Assembly: GCA_032718475.1 (NCBI GenBank)
Contig: JAUCBJ010002695.1
Location: 1-64,000 of the forward strand
Direction of reading: 5' to 3'
From: Nemertoderma westbladi
Lineage: Eukaryota > Animalia > Xenacoelomorpha
Length of the DNA: 64,000 nt
In this document: piece by piece, positions 12,615 to 23,440 of the stretch
Numbering within the stretch: the first letter of the stretch is position 1
Layout of the letters: each line of letters opens with the position of its first letter
Program-made: the position numbers and the translations under genes
The notes under the pieces: generated by a model
Databases searched by the model: none
Told to the model about the DNA's origin: nothing
Seen by the model: only the letters and a program-made list of their open reading frames with translations

Positions 12615-14230
12615 GCTACTTTAAAGGCTCTCTTCTCAATTTCATTAAGTTTTCCTTGAAAAATCTCATCATAAAGCACCTTTTTTATCTCAGAACCTAT
12701 AAATACTCCTTCCTTTAACTTTGCTTGACTGAGGTAGGGAAACTTTTCACAAAGATAAGTGAAACCAGTGCTATTGTCCTTAGCTAGTTTCTTTACAAAG
12801 TTCTTCATTAAACCCAGTTTTATATGAAGCGGTGGTAACAGACAGTTGGATTGTTCTACTAATGGAGTGAAACAAACACTACTCGAACCTGGTTCAGATA
12901 CTGTCCGCAGACTCCAATCTTCTTTAGTGTAATGATTTGATGTATCACGGCTATCTCAAAGACAAATAAAACAACAGTATTTTGTGAAACCTGATTGCAT
13001 TCCCATTAGCATACCTATTACCTTCAAATCACCACAGAGTAACCACTTGTGTTCATTATAACCAATGGCATTAATAAGCACCTGTATGTTTTCATAACTC
13101 TCCCTCAAATGTACAGAATGTGCAATGGGTATTGATGGCATTACATTACAATTATGGAGAAGCACTGCCTTTAAACTTCGCTTTGATGCATCAATGAACA
13201 AATGCCAATCGATTGCTAATTGACTCTGACCCATTGCTACATACACGCCATTAATATCAGTACAGTAGCACAATGAGTTCATCGACGTGTCGGTGTTCAA
13301 CCCGCTGGCGGACACCAACGCAGCGATGTCGCTGGACGCCGCCCACCTCCATCACGAGGTGAGGAAGATCCAGAGATACGAGGAGCGGATCTGTGAGGTT
13401 GAGCACTCAAGCTTCACCCCCCTCATATTTTCCGCGTTCAGGGGCATGGCGCCGGCTGCGAAGCAGTTTGTTAAGCGGCTGGCGTTGAAGTTGTCGGGGA
13501 AACGACAGGTTCCCTACCCGGAGTCGGTAGTGTGGGTGCGGCGATGCATCAACTTCGCCTTACTCCGGTCGTCCCTGATGTGCCTCCGTGGGTTCCGGTC
13601 GGCCGCTAGAAGACTGGTGCGGGCAGCAGTGGCGGACGCGTCCATTGTGTGGGCGAACGCAGACTCGGACCCCGGGACGGTTTAGATGTTCTGATGTTAG
13701 ATGCTAGAGGTCTGGCGGGTTTGTTGGGAACCGGCAGTGGCAGAGAGGCAGACTGGTGATCTGTACTGACTGACTGAACCTATTTGTATTGTTGCTAGGT
13801 AACAGTTTGAATCAGCTGGTGGTGGGTTATATTTGTACTTGTTTATGTGCGTTTTTATATTTGAATTATTGTTTGTTTATATCATAATATACGGAGGCTT
13901 TTGAGTAAAAAAAAAAAGCACAATGAGTCTGACATTGTAAAAAAGGTACTCAAGTCATCATTTCTATTACGAAACTGGGAAATTCTGACATCCTGTTGGA
14001 GGAGATTTTCTTCCTGCAGACGAGACCCAAGAAGTTCAGCTTTCTGTTTCGAAAAACATAAATCTCTGACAAGATCATTTAGAGAATCTTGTGAAAGTGG
14101 ACGTGGGTTAATGAGATCTTTCTCAGGGATGTAATCCTCATCAACATCTATTCCGCCAGCTGCTTCATTCTCGGAAGTTAATGAATCTACACTGCGCGCT
14201 ACATTAGTAGGAAGCACATTGGCATTCATA
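12615..14230 (-). pseudogene. DNA transposase remnant, CMC/Chapaev3-like, interrupted by a CRE element
   Basis: Motifs LNDLVRDL, AELLGSRLQE, WHLFIDASKRSLKAVLLHN, CGDLKVI, GFTKYCCFIC, LPPLHIKLGLMKNFVK and AKLKEGVFIG. Truncated at both ends. The superfamily name is from memory of these motifs. Confidence 0.7.
13279..13916 (+). mobile_element. 5'-truncated CRE-clade non-LTR retrotransposon (restriction-like endonuclease C-terminus)
   Basis: DVSVFNPLA...HEVRKIQRYE...FTPLIFS...LLRSSLMCLRG. Poly(A) at 13907-13916. 12-bp TSD AGCACAATGAGT at 13267-13278 and 13917-13928; removal rejoins the host transposase (MSDSLC-YCTD). Confidence 0.88.
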
Positions 14231-14639
14231 CACTAAGCCAGCTAAGCACAGAACCACATTAATTGAACACAAGAAAAGACCTTCACCTCCTAACCTAAAC
14301 ACAACACAATCGCTCAAAGATGATTGGACAAGGGACTTTACACCAAAATGGTGATGAAAAATGAAAATCAGTTATTTAATATATTATGGAGGCGTGGTGC
14401 AGATACGATACTATATAAGTTTAACACACAGCTGCAGTAAAACGTAAATCGATACAGACCGCCCTAATTGAAATGTTTTATTCCAATGTTCTAACATTTT
14501 AAGATTATTACTTAAAATTTTTATATTCTTATGAAAATGAAGCGCGCCCACGCCCAATGCAATCCTTTTAATTAGACTACTTTAGGTTAATTTACGGTTA
14601 TTGTTAACAGAAATAGGCAATTATTAATATTTCTCGGAG

Positions 14640-15180
14640 ATGAAAGGGTGATCGTCCACAGTAAACCATTCCACTCTGTTTCCTAAAGGAATACCTGTTC
14701 GCCACCATGTTTGAACGTCCACAGTAAACCCTTCCACTCTGTTTCCTAAAGGAATGCCTGTTCACCACCATGGGTGATCTTTCACAGTAAACCATTCCAC
14801 TCTGTTTCCTAAACGAATGCCTGATCACCATCATGGGTGATCTTCTACCGTAAACACTTCCACTCTGTTTCATAAAGGAATGCCTGTTCACCATCATGGG
14901 TGATCGTCCACAGTAAACCATTCCACTCTGTTTCGTAAAGGAATGCCTGTTCGCCACCATGTTTGATCGTCCACAGTAAACCCTTCCACTCTGTTTCCTA
15001 AAGGAATGCCTGTTCACCACCATGGGTGATCTTTCACAGTAAACCATTCCACTCTGTTTCCTAAACGAATGCCTGATCTCCATCATGGGTGATCTTCTAC
15101 CGTAAACACTTCCACTCTGTTTCATAAAGGAATGCCTGTTCACCATCATGGGTGATCTTCCACAGTAAACCCTTCCACTA
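14640..15180. repeat. 63-bp tandem array with 4-mer (252-bp) higher-order structure
   Basis: About 8.5 units. Variant order repeats every four units (VYGRR, VYCER, VYCGRSN, VYCGRSP in the minus-strand translation). Confidence 0.9.
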
Positions 15181-15366
15181 TATTTCCGAAGTTGCCTTGG
15201 TTCCCATTTACGCATTTACCGATCATCCAAGGATGAAAGACGGGTTGGGCTAGGCTGCAACATTTAAAGCGCAGTGCCCAAATAGTGCTGCCCCCATCTA
15301 GGGATCGAACTCGAACCAGTGCTTCCAGAATGGAAGCCCAGGAATGTAACCACTAGATCAAGCTGC
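15181..15366 (-). mobile_element. tRNA-derived SINE head and conserved central domain
   Basis: Minus strand has an A box (TGATCTAGTGG) and a B box (GTTCGATCC), then CCAACCCGTCTTTCATCCTTGGATGATCGGTAAATG, which resembles a central domain shared by metazoan SINEs. It runs directly into the 63-bp array. Confidence 0.7.
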
Positions 15367-16109
15367 TTATTAGTTATAGCAATTAGTTACTAATTATTAT
15401 TTAATCAATAGGCCTATGATTTTAAAAAATTATCATTATTTCATCTCCTAATTAATAACTGCCAATCCTTTTAAATGTTCAATGAGTAAAATAAACATTT
15501 TAAAATTTTTAAAATATATATTTAGTTATCGAAAATCATCAATAATCAATAGAAAATGTCAGAAAATCGATTGAAACATTATATTATTTTTGCATGAAAA
15601 TTTGTATCTATTTTTATCTTTCGTTTAAATAAAAATCCGGGGTGGGAGTCCGTTCCATTTACCCCCACCAGGGCAACAGGGGTTCTGCCCCCGGAAACCG
15701 CTGGGGCAGCGCCCTTAGACCAAAAGATAAACTTCAAAAATTGTGCGCACCATAGAAATTAAAAACTAGTCCCGCCGTTCCCTCGAAGTATTAGGTGTAT
15801 TGATAACATTGGTACTGGTGAGAAGAAGAAGCAATCTCAAGCATCAACAACGGATAAGAACAGTTTTATGTATTAATTTTCATTCATTTATTAATTATTA
15901 AATTCCCAGAATTTAATTCAAGGATTTCCAGGTAAAAAAAGGTTTAACTTAAATTAAAATATAAATTAAATATTCCAGAACAAGTACAAAACAAACATCT
16001 TATAAGAGATAAATAAAATGACGTGGCCATATAAATTAATAAATAGGTAATGCAATATGAATCTCAAGTTATTTATAACGAAAAATAATTGGATGGGGGG
16101 TGGGGTAGG

Positions 16110-16465
16110 AAGTGGAAGACTCGACCGCTGTGAGTATAAGTTCCGTCATCACCTGGGTAACGTCGGTATGTAGAGTCTATCAACGGCGACTATCCCGCCC
16201 TCCTTGTCGGAGTCCTTGTAATGAGATTGGGCTGGCGTTTCTTCGAGGTGATCTTGGCGACGTCGAAGAGGGGTCTACTGCTGCGAAGTTCGGCCGCGTC
16301 GACGCGGCCGCGGTGTACGATGTGTAGATGGGAGACGTTCGCGACGAGAATGCACGGCGTCTGCCGTCCGTCCGACTCGACAACGACGCAGACGAAGCAG
16401 TGCAACGCGTCCAGCTCGCGGGACCACCGCTTCAGATCGATCGAGTCCACAACGAGCGGATAGTG
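16110..16465 (-). pseudogene. TBC1D23: TBC1D23 C-terminal (PH-like) domain fragment with frameshifts
   Basis: GC-rich island encoding PCILVANVSHL...VAKITSKKRQPNLIT, then in shifted frames IVAVDRLYIP and DVTQVMTELI. These resemble the TBC1D23 C-terminus as I recall it (VKITSKKKHPELITF, IERYLIP). Confidence 0.65.
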
Positions 16466-16496
16466 AACAGGGTGATTTAGGAATCACCAAGTATAG

Positions 16497-16669
16497 GTAT
16501 CCAATATAAAGGCCATGATTCACCACAGGAGCGGCGAGCGGAAGCAGCGGGCGGCCACGGCGAGGGGCCGTTTGTGGTGTATCATCACCCATAGAAAATA
16601 ATGTGTTCTATTTTTAAAAAGTGGCCGCTCGCCGCTCTTGTGGTGTATCATGGCCTTTATATTGGATAC
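16497..16669. mobile_element. Small MITE with long TIRs
   Basis: GTATCCAATATAAAGGCCATGATTCACCACAGGAGCGGCGAGCGG at the left end and its near-perfect reverse complement at 16624-16669. Confidence 0.75.
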
Positions 16670-17904
16670 TGAAGGATATGAGGTGATGCAATGCTACCTT
16701 TATAAAATAGTAAAATACTTTTTACTTCAATAGTTTTAAAATAGTTGACTTACACCTAAAATCTAACTAAATTTCGAAAGCTGAAAGCAGGACTCCTCTG
16801 AGCCACAGCACAGGACCTAACAAGTTTCAAATAACACCCATTGTTAAGTTCATTGTGCTAATCATATGAAAAGCCATTCTCAATATAGTTTGCGAGGTGT
16901 TGCCAAACGGCATTAACAACACTTGCCATGGTTGGTTACCTAAAATAATCAATATTTTGGTATTTAGTTAACTTTTCGTTGAACTATGATTTAACTAAAC
17001 ACCTCAAAATTAGTTGAAATAATTAGTTAATTTGACACTACAAAATTAATTGAACAGCACCGTTTAGTATTATTATTACTATTACTAATATTATTTATGT
17101 AGTTAAGGGGGTACACCATATTTGTGAAAATTTTGCAAGTTTTCATTTTTAATCGATTATCATGAATATCGGAAATTTCATATCTGAAAACGGCATAGCA
17201 GAAGCTCTTTTAGTTTTCGAGTTAACACTTTTCATAAACTGAGAACAATTGAAATTGAATTTGGTGCAAAATGTCAACTGCAATTTTCTCAGAATATTTT
17301 TTTCCCGACTTTAGCAACTTCAAAACCATATTACTGTACATCTACAGTTTTTGCCCATTTTGTACAATAATTTGACTTAAAATTTAAATAATTTGTTAAT
17401 ACAATGTAATACTAATTTATATCTATCTTAACAATAGGACATTTTGCAGCGCCTCCTGCGGCACAGACTAACTTTATTTCATTTCGCCTGATAGATGTTA
17501 CCACAGCATTGCTCACGATCTTCACGTTACCAGAATTAAAACTGTAGAGGCCTTAGGGGTTAAAGCGCAAACAGCTTTTCTATTTTAACTAATATATAAT
17601 ATGTGAGAATATAAAATTTTCAGTTACACGTGTAGAATAACATCTTAGGCACGTACAATCCCAATTAAAACACAAACCAAGCAATTTTGACAAGCTGGAA
17701 GTGGAAAATCCGTTGTCAGAAAAGTAACTAATTGTTTTCCACTTTTTCAAATTAATACAAATGTATACTTTGGTAACCATAATACTAGTTATTCTAGATG
17801 TTTAGTAAAGCTCTCGCTTATCCGCCTAAATTTTAATTTTACATAATCGACAAAAGATACTGCGAGAATAAGTCATAAACTGATACTGAAGCTGTCAAAT
17901 ATAG

Positions 17905-18595
17905 TATCTAGTATAGTATGTATAACCGGTACTAGTATAGTATGTATAACCGGTACTAGTATAGTATGTATAACCGGTACTAGTATAGTATGTATAACCG
18001 GTACTAGTATAGTATGTATAACCGGTACTAGTATAGTATGTATAACCGGTACTAGTATAGTATGTATAACCGGTACTAGTATAGTATGTATAACCGGTAC
18101 TAGTATAGTATGTATAACCGGTACTAGTATAGTATGTATAACCGGTACTAGTATAGTATGTATAACCGGTACTAGTATAGTATGTATAACCGGTACTAGT
18201 ATAGTATGTATAACCGGTACTAGTATAGTATGTATAACCGGTACTAGTATAGTATGTATAACCGGTACTAGTATAGTATGTATAACCGGTACTAGTATAG
18301 TATGTATAACCGGTACTAGTATAGTATGTATAACCGGTACTAGTATAGTATGTATAACCGCCGGTACTAGTATAGTATGTATAACCGGTACTAGTATAGT
18401 ATGTATAACCGGTACTAGTATAGTATGTATAACCGGTACTAGTATAGTATGTATAACCGGTACTAGTATAGTATGTATAACCGGTACTAGTATAGTATGT
18501 ATAACCGGTACTAGTATAGTATGTATAACCGCCGGTACTAGTATAGTATGTATAACCGGCAATAGTATAGTATGTATAAGTATAACCGGTACTAG
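17905..18595. repeat. 24-bp minisatellite (GGTACTAGTATAGTATGTATAACC)n, about 28 copies
   Basis: Near-perfect tandem copies, two of them with a 3-bp insertion. There are no spacers. Confidence 0.97.
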
Positions 18596-19230
18596 TTTTG
18601 TATGTATACAGCAAATTTTGAGGATTCTTTGTCTTTTTTTATATTGGTGAATGTTCTGCAACATTAGTCTCAGATATTTTTATATCTTATCTTATTTTTA
18701 TATTTTAATGGTAGCTAGTATATTTTTAAATATCAAGCTAGTATTTTTTTTATTACCTAGCTAGTATTATTTCAAATTAAAATATTTTTTTTTTAATTTT
18801 GGGAACAGTTCCGTATGCAGTCGCATTTTTATAACATAAATCATTGTTACCATGGCAACATTGTAGATTTCTAGAACAAAATATAATTACCCTACACTGT
18901 TCTAGAACATAAATAACATAAAAAATATAATGTTCTAGAACATAGCGGTGGTTTGCATGTCTATTTATTGCCGTTTTTTCTATTGGATGTTGTTCCCCAA
19001 CACTTCATGAATCCATTGGGAAAAAATTTTGTTCTACAGTAGAACACTAACTATTATTGCTATTTAGGCATAGTTCTGAAATATCAATGTTCTCACATTT
19101 TGTTTTTATAATTTAAAAAAATACTTAGCTACAGTAGTAAAAAAAACCACTATTAGCTACCTTATCAATAATATCTTGTAAGTGTTGTAGGCCTAACAAA
19201 AATAAAAAAAATACCGTATTTTTAAAATTT

Positions 19231-20433
19231 GTGGCTGGCCACGAGAAAAGGGACCTTATGTCGCAAAACCTGATTCTGAGATAATCGCGTTTAAAGTTTC
19301 CCTCTATTTTTGAACAAATTTAATTGGATTATCAATTTAGAAATGTATAAAACGATGCGGGAAATTCAAATTGGTTCTGATATTCAAGATACCTAGGAAA
19401 GAACTAATTACAGGAAGCAATATAAGATGTTGCAGTGTTGTATATAACACTGTTTTAGTGTTTTCATGTCTGAATTTAGGACTTTAATAAATGGTACTAA
19501 TACGGTTAGGTTAGGTATAGGCCTACAGTTATTTTTTAAATGCAATATGGCTGTCATTTTGTTAATTTCTGTTCGTTAGTTCTGCAATTTTGTAAGCACC
19601 TACTGCGGTATTAAGTGACACTGAAGAATGAATCCCAGAATGTAATATTCAATAGTCTACCGCTAGGGGGCGATAATGTTCTAGAATGTAAATTGCTTGT
19701 CATTTTGTTAATTCCTGTCCGTTTGTTTTGAAATTCTGTAGACACCTTCTACAATATAACATGATACTGGAGAATGAATCCTAGACTGTAATATTCAATT
19801 TTCTACCGCTACAAGGCGATAATGTTCTAGAATGTAAATTAATTGTCATTTTGGTAATTCCTGTCCGTTTGTTTTGAAATTTTGTAGACACCTACAATAT
19901 AAAGTGACACTGGAGAATGAATTCTAGCCTGTAATATTCAATAGTCTACCGCTAGGGGGCGATAATGTTCTAGAATGTACAATTTTTTTGAAAAAAAATT
20001 TATTGTTTTAAAAAAAAAATAATTTTTCACTCTCAAAATTTTAAATTTACAAAAAAATATTTTTTTTTGGTTAGGGGCCTACATGTTTTTTTGAAAATTT
20101 TGCAAAATATTTTTTTAATAGTTCATTAACAATATTAATAGTTTCAAAGTGTTAAAAGTTTGATAAAAAGCCGAATAACATTGACCTGCCTAACTATATA
20201 GCAAGAATTGCTATGATATTATTAACCTTTTCAAATTGTTTTTAAAAACAAAATTATTTTGAAAAGAGCTACCCGAATCACCTTCACATAAATCGCTATA
20301 ACTTTTTTTTGGAAATAGATATTGAGACACAGTTTTTTTTGTTAAAATCTCTGTAAAATTCTGCTTCTCATAGCCCTAATAACTCAAAATCGACCTCCGG
20401 TAACATAAGGTCCCTTTTCTCGTGGCCAGCCAC
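19231..20433. mobile_element. Non-autonomous TIR element, Sola1-like
   Basis: 31-bp perfect TIR GTGGCTGGCCACGAGAAAAGGGACCTTATGT with a 4-bp ATTT TSD (AWWT type). Three internal repeats of about 146 bp at 19550-19980. Confidence 0.75.
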
Positions 20434-20683
20434 ATTTATAAAAATACTAGCTATTAAAAATAACACTGGTGCCGGTACTAGTGTGTTTTGTGCACACGCC
20501 CGCCCCACCACCAAATTTTTTATACTAGCTAGTTTTTATTACTTTTTTTTAATGTTCTAGAACATATTGTCTATTCATTTTCTTATTAATTTTGTTCTCG
20601 AACAAATAATTGTTGTTCTAGAACAAAATTAATTAATTAGGTAATTTTTGAAGTTATCAAAGCTAGTTTTACTTACTTTTTTT

Positions 20684-21722
20684 GGTACTTCTACAGTATA
20701 CCCCCACACCTTGATATATGTTTTATCACTTTCCTTTACTACCGCTATGGTGACTAGATTCTAGAACACAATTATTGTGGCAAAATGTCTTTAGGCAAGT
20801 TAAATTTGCGTGAATTGGTGCTACGTACAAGTACTGTAGCTGATTCATTACAGCTATGCTGAGACAATTTTCTGTTGACAACCAGCAGTACTTGTTTGTG
20901 TGGTAGTGATATGAAACTTAGGGCGACGAAGCGCTGCAAGGATGGAGAAATTTGGCGTTGCCCACGTCCCTGCATGAAGGAGAGCACAATAAGGAAGGGT
21001 TCTTTTTTCGCTGGAAGTAATTTACCAATAAGTACACTTCTTGAATTCTCGTACTATTGGGCCTATGAAGAAGTGTCCATGGAAAAGGCGAGGCGGGAAT
21101 TCGGAATGAGCGACCACACCACTGTTGATTGGAAGAACTTTCATCGAGATATTTGTGCACAGTCGTTATTAAACAATTCAGCAAAAATTGGTGGTAGTGG
21201 GCACATTGTGGAGGTGGATGAGAGCCTTTTTGTTCGCAGGAAACACAATGTTGGACGCGAAGTGGGCCAGGAATGGGTGTTCGGAGGCATTGATGTGAGT
21301 ACAAGGGCATGTTTTTTGGTACAAGTTGCCTGCCGTAATGCTGACACTTTGCTCCCTATTATACAAGAGTACATTCTCCCAGATACATTAATCAGGTCCG
21401 ATCTCTGGAAGGCATACAATGGGATTGAAAATCTTCCTGAGGGCTATTCACACGAAACCGTGAATCATAGTAAGAACTTTGTTGACCCAGAGAGTTGAGC
21501 CCACACGCAGAATATCGACAACTTGTGGATGCGTGCCAAACGCAGGAACAAGAGAGAGTGTGTAACTCATAGGTCCTTGTTACGCACATATTTCATTGAA
21601 TTCATGTGGCGAGAATCAAAGAGAAAGGAAGAAAACAAATTTGAACATTTAATAAATGACATAGTACAATTGTATAAATGTTAAGAAATTGAGAGGGTGT
21701 GGGGGTATACTGCAGAAGTACC
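20684..21722 (+). mobile_element. Complete compact Merlin (IS1595/IS1016-like) DNA transposon with inactivated transposase
   Basis: 27-bp TIR GGTACTTCT(A/G)CAGTATACCCCCACACC and 8-bp TSD CTTTTTTT. Transposase 20785-21684 has a zinc finger, VEVDES, WVFGG, RSDLWKAY, VNHS and HTQNI, with two in-frame TGA stops. Confidence 0.92.
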
Positions 21723-22434
21723 CTTTTTTTTAAGTGTTCTAGAACATATCGCGTATTTATTTTTGTAAAAAGTAATGTTCTAGAACAAATATTTTTTGTT
21801 CTAGAACATTCGAAATAAATGTTATTTTGTGGTGTATTTTTATTTGATTAGTAAGTGTTAAAAACAATTACAGTACTAACAACTACAAATTTCATTGTAG
21901 CTAGTGATTTTTATTAAAAATGTGATACAAAGATAACAGAATAAAAAATTTCCAAATTTAACAAATTAGCTAGTTTTTTGTTTTTTTTTTGTTCTGGAAC
22001 AAATAATATTTATTCTAGAACATTTTTTTAAAAAAAGGAAACAAAAACTTGCTGGTTTAAAAATTTTATATAACTTACAATAAAAAATTAAAAAGATAAG
22101 CAAATTAGCTAGTTTTTTTCTATTTTATGTTCTAGAACAAAAAATATTTGTTCTAGAACTATATTTTTATATTATATGAATAGCTTATATGTTTAAGAAC
22201 ATTTTTTTTTTAAGTAACAACAACTAGCTAGTACAGTATAAAAAATTTGATGGGGAGGGGGGTGTACGCTAGTACAGTATAAAAAATTTGATGGGGGGGT
22301 GGGGGGGTGTACACAAAACACAATAACATAAATCATTGTTACCATGTAAAAAATGGAAACAAAAAATATTTTTGTTCATAATGGTATGCATCAGTTTAAA
22401 CCTGAAATATCAATGTTTTCACATTTATTTATAA

Positions 22435-22695
22435 CTAGCAGGCAATACCCGAGGCATGTTACCCGGTATTTCCCGCTACCGGCATAGGCCTACTGGCGTA
22501 CTGGTACCGGTATAGGCCTACTGACGTACCGGTACCCAGTACCGGTATTGAACGTGAATTAAACTTTTCGAAAAGTGGCCTATAACGACCGCTGGTTAAA
22601 GTTATACACACATGCCAAGTTCCAGCGCAATCCCTCCGCCCGTTTTGGAGGAGTTCGAACACAGAGAGAGAGAATTTGATATTTATAGGTATAGA
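22435..22695 (-). mobile_element. Short non-autonomous Helitron
   Basis: Minus strand starts TC, ends CTAG after an imperfect GC hairpin, and sits between A and T. The homologous flank near 19080-19130 lacks it. Confidence 0.65.
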
Positions 22696-23440
22696 TTACA
22701 AAAAATACTAGCTAGTAAAAACAACTAGCTACCATAAAAAACATATCTACTAATATTCTAGAACACAAAAAATTGCAGAATTTTTAGAAATTAAAAAAAA
22801 ATGCTTATATAAAATAAATAATGTTTTGAAAAATTACTAGATAATGTTCTAGAACACAATATATTTTTGAAAAATGTTGCAATGAAGTCAGTGTGAAATT
22901 ACTATGCAGAAAGTACATAATTTCATTAATTAATATCAAAATATCAAATGCGACTGCTTACGGAACTCAATTTTATATACTATTTATTAAGGTACAACTA
23001 ATGTACTACCGGTATCTACTAAAAGGTACTACAGTATATAGTGTTTTTTTTACTAGCTAGCTAGTACGGTACCGGTATATTTAGAAATTGTAAAAACATC
23101 CTGTTAACCAACCAAAAAAAAAAAACGAAAAAACACTAGCTACCTTAATAAATAATATCTACTAATGTTCTAGAGCACCTACGAATAACAAAAATCCCCA
23201 AAAAAATAAATATTTTGAAAATCTCAAAAAATACTAGCTAATAAAGAAAACACTAGCTACCATAAAAAAAAAATATCAAGTATTGTTCCAGAACATTCAC
23301 CAATGTCAATAAAGACAACAATAACCACAATAAAATCACAAAGGTTCTTACAAATTATTGCTGTTTACATACTTTACTAATACCGGTTATAGGCCTACAG
23401 TACATACTATACTAGTACCCAGTGAGCTCTAGCCATAAAA

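Larger units (their letters stand above)
18590..23420. mobile_element. Large foldback/TIR nest rich in TGTTCTAGAACA and CTAGCTAG modules
   Basis: Inverted arm pairs: 18590-18720 with 23250-23390, 18807-18828 with 22946-22967, and 20480-20532 with 22270-22322. It contains Sola-like, Merlin and Helitron insertions. Confidence 0.65.

Noticed and set aside
14604-15215. 203-aa repeat protein
   Set aside because: The frame is open only because the 63-bp unit lacks stops, and it lies within a SINE-derived array.
17873-18664. Long repetitive ORFs (VIHTILVP / YTYYTSTG) or a CRISPR array
   Set aside because: These are by-products of a 24-bp tandem repeat. There are no unique spacers or cas genes, and the context is eukaryotic.
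20860-21498. In-frame TGA codons as recoding or an alternative genetic code
   Set aside because: Stops of all three types and frameshifts occur across many TE copies, which fits neutral decay, and host genes use the standard code.
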